A program made the position numbers and the translations under genes. A stretch of 63,863 nucleotides of DNA, filler included, from Choristocarpus tenellus KU-1152 (Eukaryota > Protista > Phaeophyceae), in the NCBI GenBank assembly GCA_964200185.2. It is 13 parts of 13 records of this genome, joined end to end, with 100 filler letters (N's around TTAATTAATTAA, not from the genome) between each part and the next. Parts side by side here need not be neighbours in the genome. Positions count along the whole stretch, not along the records: positions 1 to 5,536 come from CAXNAD020010485.1; positions 5,637 to 10,233 come from CAXNAD020013854.1; positions 10,334 to 14,022 come from CAXNAD020018509.1; 10 more parts are not named here. One strand, given 5' to 3'. Of the stretch, positions 1 through 11,198 are shown piece after piece (the stretch's first letter is position 1; each line of letters opens with the position of its first letter). The notes beneath the pieces are model-generated. The model was not told the origin of the DNA and ran no database searches. It worked only from the letters and a program-made list of their open reading frames with translations.

Positions 1-465
1 CCTGGGCCCCCATGAGTGAGCCTTAGCCAGCAGGTGACAACATCGCATAAACGGGAAATAATGGAAAGAGAATGGAGAGACAACAACGCCCATGTTCTCC
101 AGGTGAAGGTCTCTTCTGGCGTCAAATCATCCTTAACTGCGCGGTTCGCACACACCGCGTGGCACCCACGCGCGATCCGCGCGCTGACTACATGATTTAA
201 GTATGACCCTGTATTTCTCACGATTCATGCAAGCTGACCAACCGAGACCCATCAAATAAGGTTAAGGGTGCTGATGCGATCACAACAAACAAATTTTCAT
301 GAAAAAAATCGTTGTTGATCCAAAGTTATGGGACGAGAAAGTTGATGCAGGAGGCGACTACCAACACTGTAGTGGTTGCATGTGGAATTGGATCTATTAA
401 GAACCACCTTTCCGTGAGAAGAATGGCATCGAATCAAATCGAACCCACGAAATTCATCAGGTACA

Positions 466-622
466 GACCCAAAGTATCTGGGGGGGGGAGGGGGTCAGCA
501 CCAGGGTGTCCATTTCGGTCATAGCCAGGAAAAGTACACTTACCTTATCCATCCGACGTGTGCAAGATAAAAAAAATGGCCCCAAATGGACAGCCGCCAC
601 CCCCTCCCAGATACTTTGAGTC
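466..622. mobile_element. MITE subfamily A, internally deleted copy
   Basis: TIRs GACCCAAAGTATCTGGG...CCCAGATACTTTGAGTC; 3-bp TSD ACA at 463-465 and 623-625; subterminal GTCCATTT motif at both ends. Confidence 0.9.
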
Positions 623-1924
623 ACATCGCATCCTAGCCACTATATTCTAGGTATAAAAATTAGTATCACATACCAGACTTCTTTTTCCCGTTGACCTTTA
701 CATCTGACAATACAATTTCTTTAGATTGAGGTTTGGTGGATTTACACTCTAATAATGTATCTGGTGTACATTTTTTAACCCAAGTATTTTTTTTTTAAGT
801 CTCCCATCCTACACACACATCTACACAACTCACAACAGGAAAATTCTTGTGGATGATTACCTCTCCCTTGTCTCTTGCTGTGTACATCACTACCACACCC
901 CCTCCAATACCATCACCATAACGAGTTCTGTCCGACCTCATCAGAACATACGAAACCCCAATATGTACACCAAATGAAACGCAAACTTTGGGGTGAAGAG
1001 GTCTTGATCAAGAAGACTTCTCCCCCACATCTTCAAACATCAAATTCGAATGTGAGAACTGCTTCCACTGTTCCCCATTTTCTTGTCGTGTTCGAAAAGC
1101 TGTGTCTACGTTTACAGAACTTGAACTTCCAATATATTATATACCATCTATCATATTCGTTCGTAAGATTACACTTCAAGGGTTAAGATATGCTGGCTAC
1201 ACTTGCTTCTTGCCCCAAACCTCTGCTTCCTATCTACCTCCCGATACTTCTTACCTTTTCACAGGGACGAACGGTTTGAGGGTCCTAACGTTAGTCTGTG
1301 GTTGTGGATTGTGATACATAGTGGATAGATCAGATCCTCTTCAATCGAACAAAGAAAGCGTCGACACACCTATTTGTTTTGTGGGCAGAGCATACCCCAA
1401 CCGATTTGATCTTGCGAGAGAAGTCTACTATTAATAGCCTCGCTTCGTCAACATTGACCACAAACCACCATGTATTTGCCAGGCGATGCCGAAGTGCAGG
1501 TCACTGATTGCTCATAGAGAACGCCGAATACCTCATCATTCTTACTTTGGGGTTGAGGCAGACAATAGAAGTTTGATTGGTGTCTAAAAACTTTGCTCAC
1601 TTCTTTTCAGTCAATAACAAAATACAACTTACGATGCTCTACCCCTATCACAATGTCAATACTCTCTCTCCCCTTGTCCATTGAACTGGGACCCTGCATC
1701 TTGCCCCAACAGACTGCAGCTAGTCCGGTGGTAGAGGAGGGCAGAGTCAATGTCTCCTGCGCTGGCCTCTCTCCTACCGCATCCCCATTGGACATTCCCG
1801 CGATAATAGAGTTCCTGCATACTCCATTTGTCCCATCACATTCCCAACCCGAAAGATGGTGAGTCTGATCAGGGATAGGACCGAACTTTGCTTGAACATC
1901 CCTCTTTTGTCAGCATTCTCGTCA

Positions 1925-2792
1925 CTCTGCTCCTACTCCCTTGAACAGGTTCATATACTTGTCAGACAACTCTTTCGATCCACTTCATCAACGCCAATCT
2001 GACTAGTCAATCTCAAAGTCATAATGTCAATGATGCGTCTTCACTCTTGTTCAAACGTGAATACTGTTCCTCCACTCACAAAGTTAACTCCTAAAAAACA
2101 GAGGTACGAAATCACTAAGTGTGATGCAGTGACAATAGTTAGTGGAATTCACAGCTTATCGTCAACTTCAAGACATCAATCACCTGCTGAAAGGCAGTGG
2201 TCAAAGCCTCATATTGTAAAGCCTGGAGGGGGGGTTCGATTAAATGGGTAGTGAACACTACTCCTCGGTTTCAATGTCGCAAGAGACTGAAGATTCTAAT
2301 GTATCTCAACTACATATTTTGAACACTCCAGTACCTTCTGTCTCTTTACTCAGGTACTAAGTATGCCTTGCTGTGTTTCAAGAACTAGTATTTTACGTAT
2401 TCCCCATACCCTTCTTCAGTCTCTTGCGACAATGAAACTGAGGAGTGGTGTTTCACTACCGCAGGAAATTGAAAGCTCCCTCCAGGCTTCGATAAAAGAG
2501 ACTTTCACCACTGCCACTGATCAGGCAGCTCGTGTCTTCAGCCTGAATATATGCTGTGAATATCCACCCACTATTGTCACCACGTCAGATTATATGTTTT
2601 TCGTGCTTCTGATACCTTATTGGGAATAATATTTGAGAGTGGATGATCAGTACCCTTTCACATGTCAAAAAGAGTGTATGCATATCGTTGATATTATGAC
2701 TCGATTGATTAGTCAGATTGGAGGTAATGACGTGGATTGAAAAGAGTTGCCAGGCAGGAACATGGAATCTGTTCATGGGAATAGGGTTGGAG
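1925..2792. repeat. Long imperfect inverted repeat (foldback), arms ~410 nt
   Basis: Nested complementary blocks, e.g. CCAATCTGACTAGTCAATC (1994) with GATTGATTAGTCAGATTGG (2703); GTGACAATAGT (2129) with ACTATTGTCAC (2570); AAGCCTGGAGGG with CCCTCCAGGCTT; TGTCGCAAGAGACTGAAGA with TCTTCAGTCTCTTGCGACA. Loop near 2338-2352. Confidence 0.9.
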
Positions 2793-2917
2793 GTTTGGAA
2801 AACACCTTGTCTTTGTTTCACCCTTTGAGCTTCTACTGAGCACTTATTCTTACCGCGTTCCCCTCCTGTCCCCCAACAAAAAGGGTTAACATTTTCCTCC
2901 AGCAAGTAGAGGTAGAG

Positions 2918-3175
2918 GAGTGAAAATATCTTAGAGGGTACGAGTTTTGCCTTGTTTGTCCATTTGGGGCTTGGCTTCTCTTGGGGGTTTTCATGACATT
3001 TTTCTACTCCAAAATGTTTTGGAGAAGGCAAAATGTGTATGATATGAAAAGGTGTGTCCAGAACATGGATATCTACACTTCCTAACAAACACAATAGCCA
3101 AAATTACATGAAAATCGCCAAATTGGATTTGACCCCCCAATGGACGCGGCTCTACCCTCTAAGATACTTTGACTC
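2918..3175. mobile_element. MITE subfamily B
   Basis: TIRs GAGTGAAAATATCTTAGAGGGTA...TACCCTCTAAGATACTTTGACTC; 4-bp TSD AGAG at 2914-2917 and 3176-3179. Confidence 0.92.
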
Positions 3176-3193
3176 AGAGAAGAAGATGGATTC

Positions 3194-3695
3194 TGGTCTC
3201 ACCAGACCCCTTGGTCACTGCTAAAACCTTCACATCCATAACGACATTGGGGACCTGCAGTTCCATATGCTACATATCATCTGGTATGTAATGGATTGAT
3301 TCGCCTCTTGGCTGATACAAGCCAAAAATGTATATATTTCTGCTGCTCTACCACTTTCCATGTTGGCTCTGTGGGTCTTACGCCTCATTTCCCATTTCCT
3401 TATCTCTTCACACACTAGAGGTAGAGAAAAAGAAGTCTTAAGAAGGAAGATATCTTAAGAAGAAAAAATATGTATCTACCTCTAGTATGTGAAGAGATCA
3501 GGATGTTGGCAATGAGGTGTGAGACCCATAGAGCCAACATAGAAAGTGCTAGAACAGCAGAAATGACTTGCATCAGCCAAGAGGTGAATCAATCCATTTA
3601 CAGATCAAATGGCATGTAGCATATGGAACTGTAGGTCCCCAGTGTTACTATGGATGTGAAGGTTTTTGCAGTGACCAAGGGATCTGGTGAGACCA
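3194..3695. repeat. Long inverted repeat (foldback), arms 3194-3425 and 3475-3695
   Basis: Arms are reverse-complementary over ~220 nt (TGGTCTCACCAGA...CTAGAGGTAGA / TCTACCTCTAG...TCTGGTGAGACCA). The 49-nt purine-rich loop contains TCTTAAGAAG twice. Confidence 0.95.
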
Positions 3696-4308
3696 AGATG
3701 TCTGCCCTGCAAAAGGAGTAGGAGAGTGGGTGAAGAAGACTATGACTAGTTTGAACATGGGATATAGTTGGCTCGATTTTGTATGTACAAGAAATATATT
3801 TGGAGTACAGCATCACAACAAAATGCATATGATAGCATGAGATGTCTCTCACAGTAGTTCCCAATGTGCAACAATGTGGAGAATAGTTTTGTAGGATGAC
3901 ACAGTTGTTCTCGTCCTATTCTATATTATTGCAACACACCAACATACATTGTTCTATAGCCAATGCCAGATTTGCACCACCTTTGTCTAATTGTTTGGGT
4001 GAATCCTCTACCCAATCCCATCATTTCCCAGAACCCGGAGGCAGAAAAGGCTGCCAACATATCTCTATGACAGGCATCTGCTGCAAAGGACAGGGTGAGT
4101 TACTATTTTCTTTCAAGAATGATTGACACAGAAGGCATTGGGTGGCGAGGAAAGCAGTACAAATGGGGTAGCTTTAGTCAGTTGAAGAGCATGCCACCCT
4201 GTGTTGGGTCTGAGGGCAAAGATTGGACTTGCCAGGTGCACGAAGCTGAATGGAATTGTTCTGAAATGGTTGTCAAAAATCGGATACTGGGCTAGAAGCC
4301 CTTCTATG

Positions 4309-4565
4309 TGCAGCCTGTTGCACACCAGAAAGGTTCACCTTGTAGGATATGTCTCATAATACTGAGGCCTCTCATGTGTTGCTGGTTTGAGTATCACATC
4401 ATATACCTTTCCTCGTTCGTGTGTGACATAGGAGGGCATTCATTGTAGGAAGATGGTTTTCTCGTTAGGAAAAGAGTATCTTACCTTACTGATTGGTGCT
4501 ATCTTGGATCCAATCAACCTATTGTAGAGACATCCTTGCTCTGGATACACCTGTAAGGGTTGTAT
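4309..4565. repeat. Degenerate foldback
   Basis: Nested pairs AGGATATGTCTCATAATA/TATTGTAGAGACATCCT, TGGTTTGAGTATCAC/GTGCTATCTTGGATCCA and ATACCTTTCCT/AGGAAAAGAGTAT. Confidence 0.55.
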
Positions 4566-4569
4566 ACAT

Positions 4570-4665
4570 ATTAGGTAACTGTGTTCACACAGGCACCAAA
4601 AAAAAGGAATAAAAAACACATGGAAAGACAAGCCCAACAGGGTAAAACCTACCCTCTGAAATTCT
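4570..4665. mobile_element. Fragment of MITE subfamily C
   Basis: Aligns by eye to 6165-6260 (TTAGGTAAC..CTGTGTTCACACAG...AACAGGG.AAAAC..CTACCCTCT). Confidence 0.65.
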
Positions 4666-5512
4666 TGATGTCGAAAATAGTTGTTACATTTTGTGAAGAA
4701 CACACTACATAATTTGGGGTGTAATTGTTATGATTGCTAGGGTAAGTGACATGATTGAAGAGTACAACTTTCAGGAACGGAATGGAATTATTGCACCGAG
4801 CAAAAATGAAGCGTTTTGTGTGCGAGGGGTCAGGTCCTTTCTTCTCAACTTTGTCATAAATTGCTGATGGGAATTATAGTCTATTGCCATTGAATATTTT
4901 GTGTTGAGGGATAGATCTGCTTGGGGAAATCCAACAGTTGTGCCAGTTTGCTGCAAATCCACGCATTACCGGGCATTGGTGAGGTACACAACTACCTCCT
5001 TGCACGGTCGATGTTTGAAGATTAGTGTCCTGGACTGGTGTTGAAATGTAGCACACTTGATCTCATCACTCCATTCTCTTTCCTCACATGCTCCTATTCC
5101 TATCCCCTCCACTTTTCCAGGCTACATCGCATGCGGTGCCGTGTACACCAAAGGCCTTCCACAGGTCTTTGAACAGGACTCCCCTCCTTGTGGGAAACTG
5201 GCAGCTGGAAAGGAGAATGGTACCCCTGGCCATCGCTATAGGTCTGGAGCTAAGGCATGGACTCCTCTGGGAGTCACCATGGGTGAAAATGTGTCAACTC
5301 TCCAAGGTAAAGATATGTGATATGTTTGTGTATGTGTGTGACTGGGGGGTGGTGTTTTAGAGCCTTCCACTTAGCATTCGGTACAAACTGATCAAGCCTG
5401 CACAGAAATATACCATTTGAAGAGGTCTTGGCACTTGTACTTTTTGTTGCACCTACAGAAGGGTAACTGTTATGATTTTCCATCCCTGCCCCTTTGTTAT
5501 GTGCCATGCAGT

Positions 5513-5536
5513 TGTTGAATTATCCCACACTGGACC
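5513..5536 (+). mobile_element. Terminus of a repeat family (probable LTR, starts TG) at a contig end
   Basis: TGTTGAATTATCCCACACTGGACC recurs at 31884 (TGTTGAACTATCCCACACTGGACC...); both copies run into contig ends. Confidence 0.55.
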
Positions 5537-5636
5537 NNNNNNNNNNNNNNNNNNNNNNNNNNNNNNNNNNNNNNNNNNNNTTAATTAATTAANNNNNNNN
5601 NNNNNNNNNNNNNNNNNNNNNNNNNNNNNNNNNNNN
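5537..5636. other. Artificial contig-joining spacer (first of 12)
   Basis: 44 N + TTAATTAATTAA (stops in all six frames) + 44 N. Same at 10234-10333, 14023-14122, 21001-21100, 24065-24164, 27316-27415, 31957-32056, 38320-38419, 41739-41838, 49989-50088, 56552-56651 and 61125-61224. Confidence 0.98.
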
Positions 5637-6030
5637 CCCCAGATACTTTGAGCCTTCTACGAACCTCGTCATTACATATTGACTTGAGGATTAGAGCTGC
5701 ATTTTTCATCATGGTAGACTTGCGGAGTGTTTGTAGCACATGCTCTGAATAAAGGGCTTGTTATCTTGTAGAGAAGGTTGTGGAAGTGTTAACTCTGAAT
5801 ACATTCCATCCAATATTTTGTCAAGGTAAACTTTAATAGTAGACTGGATTAAAAGTCTGAAGAGGGGGGCGACACCTAACAAAAAAAGTATGAAACAAGA
5901 TGCCAGAGTTATTTATTCTGTGAGAAGAAAAATAAACCCAAGTCTAATTCTTATTCAACCATGTGTTTCATGTACTGACTGATATTATATGTTGAAGAAT
6001 AACTAGCAACTCCGGGGACCAAGTATACTT

Positions 6031-6274
6031 GAGCCATAACATTTAAGAGGGTAGGGGCGCGTCCGTTCAGGGTCCAAAATATAGTGTTGCGATTTTGATG
6101 TAATTTTGGCTATCGTGTTTGTTAGCAAGTGTCTATATCGGACACCTTTCATAGTCGTATACATTTTAGGTAACACTGTGTTCACACAGAAAACCGAAAA
6201 ATGCATTAAAAAACGTGGGAAACCCTGAACAGACAAACAGGGCAAAACTCCTACCCTCTTAAATGGTTTGGCTC
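6031..6274. mobile_element. MITE subfamily C (related to B)
   Basis: TIRs GAGCCATAACATTTAAGAGGGTAGG...CCTACCCTCTTAAATGGTTTGGCTC; 3-bp TSD CTT; interior similar to B (GTTGCGATTTTGATGTAATTTTGGCTAT). Confidence 0.9.
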
Positions 6275-8158
6275 CTTTGTGCATGCAGAGTGCAACGGTA
6301 AGTCATGATCGCATACCACGCAGACCATCATATCTGCACTGTGGGTACTTACACGCTAAGGAACCATTACTAGTGGACGGATTGACAGTCTACAGTAGTT
6401 GTTGGTCTCGGACCGTATCAATGAAGTACGAAGGAAGTAGCCTATGTTTTTACACTTGAAGATCACGAATGAGGATTAATTGCCTTGTCAGCTGGAGGTA
6501 TACCATGGTATGCAACCAATGGAGGTGGATGTGGTGAAGCACCTGGGCTTGTCCCCTCAAATGGTAGAAGGCAAAGGAGGAGGATTTTGTAGAGTTGAGT
6601 AAATTTTGGCACGGAAGTATTTACTTGATAGATCAATCAACTGCATCTAAACGCTCCTATTCCTTTGGTGGCAAAACAATCGCTTCCAAGCACAACCATG
6701 CCCATAGGGGTGTAGTTGACCACAATGTGTTTCTGAGCTCTTCTTGTGGGAATGACTTTTGTACCCAAGTGTGGAAGGTGTAGGTAGTAGAAAATCATAG
6801 TGATGGTGGAGACAATTGAAGCACCCTGTGTCGTGTTTTTGCCATCTCTTCTGGCTGAAGTTCCCCTATGTACATGGTAGGCTCAGGGTGGAGCGATATG
6901 TGATGTGCTGTCTTCTCTCTGATTATTTTCGCCATGCTCGTGCCACCCCAGAAACTGCACTGACTGTATGTAGACCCCAGGCGAGTGACACAACTTGGAC
7001 ATAAAATATGTTGTACATAATCGAAAATGATAACACTAATATGTGTTTTCTTGACACTTGCCCCCCCTGTTATATTCGGATGCATTCTCTCCTAAGGGTG
7101 TTCTGGATTACTTAATTCCCCGTTGACAGAGATGCGTACAATGTGGCTACAACTTGGTGGGTCGAGGGAGAGAATGAGAGTCATGAGTAATCGATTTAAT
7201 GCAAAAAACACCAAAGGATCCAACGCGACTAACTACGTCTCCATTGGAGGTCTTGTTGAGACGTTACGGCCGACTAACAATAATTTCCAGGCACTTTTGA
7301 CTGGTTTTATTGTTCTTGTTAAATCTGCTATTTCCGATAAGCAATATTTGTGTTCAGGGTCCAGTTTCTCAACCATTTCTAAATGAAAAAAATATCTAAA
7401 GATGTCTATGTGCAACCCGAAGTTGTAGGCTTTCAAACGATGTCGTTTGTTTTTTCTGAATATCACAATTGAAGAAGTTATTAACAGATAACATAACGAC
7501 GACACAGACTTACGGGATAGAGGGAGTATTCACGTTTACCTAGGTGACCTCCTTCTCTACACAGGAAAGTATAGACTTCCCCTGGCACAACTCACCTCTA
7601 CCACCCAGTCACAGATAATGCCTGGTACCCACTTGTAGCCCCCCTGCCCATTCCCTCTCATTGTTGATAGAGCACCATGGCTAAAGCTCAGGGAGCTTCT
7701 CCTCCTCTTTCCCCCCAGGAATATCTCCCCCTTCCGTGCTCTTCCTCCTGTTGGTGTTAAAGCACTGTGATTGTATGGCTAGTATGTGTGTGAGGGGTGA
7801 GAAGAGTATATTAGTTGCAGGCTTGTAGTTACAAGGGCGTGTGTGAGGTCTTTCTGTACGTGAGGTGTACGTAGTATGTTTTAACCTAACAGTACTGGTG
7901 TTCAGATATTTTTACGGATAAGCTTGAGAACGGTGTTTAATTCCACCTACCATCCACTATTTTTGCTGTCAAGTACAACGTCTACAGAAGATGAAGTGCT
8001 CAAATACCCAAGTGACAATTGGGGCGACGACTTTAGTGTGATACTCTAGGGCTCGCTCTGAGCCCATGGGTAAGACTGTCCAACAGCACTCCCTTCGGCA
8101 CTACCATGCATCCGCTCAGGGTTGCAGTAGGAATGCATCCCTACGTATATATAGGACT

Positions 8159-9190
8159 TACACGAAAAGAGCCAAACCAATTGAGAGGTAGGCAGATTGT
8201 ACCCTTTTTCATTCTAAGCTATATTTCTTACCCTGTGCAATACGCTCTATTTAATTGCTGGATGTACACAATGGTGTATGCAAGATTTTGCTATCCCCCC
8301 TCTTCACGCACAAAATGACACCACAATTCAGCATATTATACTCTTTCTGCAATTGTACCAAAAATACATATTTTTGCTCTTTCTTGGGATTGTTAAAATG
8401 CAACCATACCCACCCCTCAGTTAGTTTGACTCAAAACAAAACCAGAAACGGGTCACGCATGTAGTAGATAGATGTGTATTCGTTTGATGTATCATCAAGA
8501 AAGGGATCGCAAAATTTGGTACCAATACAAAGCCAGAGATTAAATCATCAGTTGTATGGAGTCAGAAGGAGAGGAGGTGAGGAAAGTTGTTGATTGGTGT
8601 TATGGTATTGAATCAGATATCAACAGTTAGGTTGACTTCAACATCATTAACTGATGAATATACCTTTTTGTAAGATACCCGTATTTAGATATGGTTGGTT
8701 GGGTTCATATATATATATATGTGTGTGTGTTTACATGGACAGAAGGCCAACAAAAAAACAGGTCAAAGGTAAGGTTAAACGTGCGTATAGGAGATGGTAC
8801 AAGAAGACGCTTTGGGGTACTGCACACACTGAATGTTGTTGCTATTAGTATGCATGAAGTTATATTCATGTAGGTGGAAGATAATGTGTGTAGTATAGTA
8901 GATTAGGGATGAATCGGGACATACATGAGAGTATAGTGATGTTGGAGTAGCATAATAGGAAATGCATTAGTTGGTGATCTCCCGAATTGAAAGCGTGATC
9001 ATGGAAATTACGAACTACCCCTCCTTATGGATAGATAGGACTCACTCTTCGCTGTAACTCAAAAAAGCACATTTTGCATCATCATCATCATCATCACTCT
9101 TTGGTAGTGTGTGAACGTAAGAAATATGGATCATCATACTAGGGGCCAAACGTGTTTATCTCTCAATTGGTTTGGCTCTTTAATCGAGTA
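8159..9190. repeat. ~1-kb region closed by a long inverted repeat, with internal stems
   Basis: AAAGAGCCAAACCAATTGAGAG (~8166) pairs perfectly with CTCTCAATTGGTTTGGCTCTTT (~9160). Pairing continues inward (ATATTTCTTAC/GTAAGAAATAT). Internal stem GTACCAAA...CTTTCTTG / CAAGAAAG...TTTGGTAC. Confidence 0.75.
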
Positions 9191-11019
9191 CATACTTTCA
9201 ATTTTTTCGAGTGTATTCTACTTTCAAAAAACGATACTCTGACATGTGAATAGTTTTTCCATATTCTTTTTCTGAGATATCTATATAATGTAAGAACATA
9301 TAAAAATTATAATATACTTAGTTGGTTTAGATTAGAACACTATTTTTATTATTATGCATGCCCTCTGACATTTTTCATTTTGTGTGAGTGTAATTGTGAA
9401 GAGAGAGTCATACTGTAGATAAAAAGCATAAAAATGTTGCGATTGGAGATATCATTAACCAACCACCAATCAACTACCAGAACATCATACGTTTGTCACT
9501 GTTACCCTACTGTGTTATTAAAGTATAGCGTATTGTCATCTCCATACGTTCCTACATACATAAAAAGATACTGTGGGAGACGCAGTTGTTTCTTTTTACT
9601 GTTGGTGCCAATACAAGAATTACACGAACGACCAATGCAATCAACTGAATGGATACTGTCTGTGTATGTTAAATTTGCTCATCATCAGGACTAACCATAA
9701 CCCAAACTCTACCTCTAGTTGTACCCGTAGGTGTAGTCGTAGCCCTGAACTGGACCTCGTCAATCGAATCAAACCTACACTGGAGGGAAACGAGTACGAC
9801 AAGGGGAGGATGTTGTCGGAATGAACAGCCAACAAAGACTAAGGGAATCAGAACATTTCATCAAAGTTTTGAGTACAGAAACACAACTAATCCTAGCCGC
9901 ATAGAACTCTCTCCCACGTTGGTCCATCTGATTGTGTCAAGTATTGAGATATTACAATAGCAGTGTTGTTCCCCACATAGTGACAGAGTGTGGGGCAACT
10001 ACTATCTGCATTGGAATAATGCTATTACGATATTTAAACGAAGTCCAGAGTTGTGGGATCGACTCTGGCTCACTTGACTTTGTTGTGGACACTCCATAGT
10101 GTATGTACTTAAAATATAGTGACAAAACTACTGTATCTAAAATGTATAGCAGAAGGCATGATACATGATATATTATTATTATGCCCTCTGACATTTTGCA
10201 GATGTGTCAGGGGGAAACCAAATGAAAACTATGNNNNNNNNNNNNNNNNNNNNNNNNNNNNNNNNNNNNNNNNNNNNTTAATTAATTAANNNNNNNNNNN
10301 NNNNNNNNNNNNNNNNNNNNNNNNNNNNNNNNNTTTTGGTGGGTTTGTTTGTATAGGGGTTTGGGGTTGGATTTTGAAGAGGGGTGGGTGGGGGGGGGGG
10401 GTTACAAGGGGTTAAATTTAGATGTGCGTATATATATGTTTTTTAATTGGAGGTGCTTTGAAGGTGGGATTGTTGACGAGCTGGTTGAGTGTTAAATACA
10501 CTCCGGGGTGTATTTGGATCTCTTACGGCCCTTTTTACCTGTGGAGTGTAATTTAAAACTGTCTTGTTATACTTGCTGCTCCCAGTGCCATTTTTTATAA
10601 ATGATATATTTGTTTATTTTTTAGTTTCCTGCTTGGAACATGTGTGTGTTTTGTCTGTTTGTGTCTTTACAGTATCCCACTCCGCTAAGTGTTAGTTGCC
10701 TCTATTGTTTTATCTTACAAGGGTAGGGTATCATGTTTTGTTGGAGTTAGGGTTTCGGGTGAATACGGAATGGCAATGGGTACATGTAGTAGAAGGTGGT
10801 GTCTGAGTTAGAGTTAGGGCTGGAAAGGAAAGTTAGACGAAAGTTAAGGAATGTTAGACGAGGGAGGATTTGATACAGGTTGATTAGTGGGATGTCAGAG
10901 GTGATGTTAGTCAGAGAAGTAGTAGTACTCGTAGTGATAGTAGTGGTAGTAGTAGTAGCAGTTTTAAACTATCTTCTATTTAAAATTTTATTGTTCTGGT
11001 TGATGTGGACACCCGCCTA

Positions 11020-11100
11020 GGGGGGGGAGGGGGGTCTACACAAGCGTGTGTCCGTTGGGGCCCTGACAGGAGAAGTGCATTTACATTATCTATCCGACAC
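11020..11100. mobile_element. Degenerate MITE-A fragment
   Basis: GGGGGGAGGGGGGTCTACAC...GTGTCCGTTGGGG...AGAAGTGCATTTACATTATCTATCCGAC matches one end of subfamily A. Confidence 0.65.
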
Positions 11101-11198
11101 ATGCAACTGAAACCCGTAACCTGTCCCATTTATTTTTTGTACAATTTGTTTATTTATTTATTTATTTATTGTAACTGTCAAAATGTAAATGTGACCAG

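Noticed and set aside
2585-3094. 169-aa ORF and similar ORFs at 28781 and 32886
   Set aside because: They run through non-coding MITE-B sequence, so their similarity reflects the repeat.
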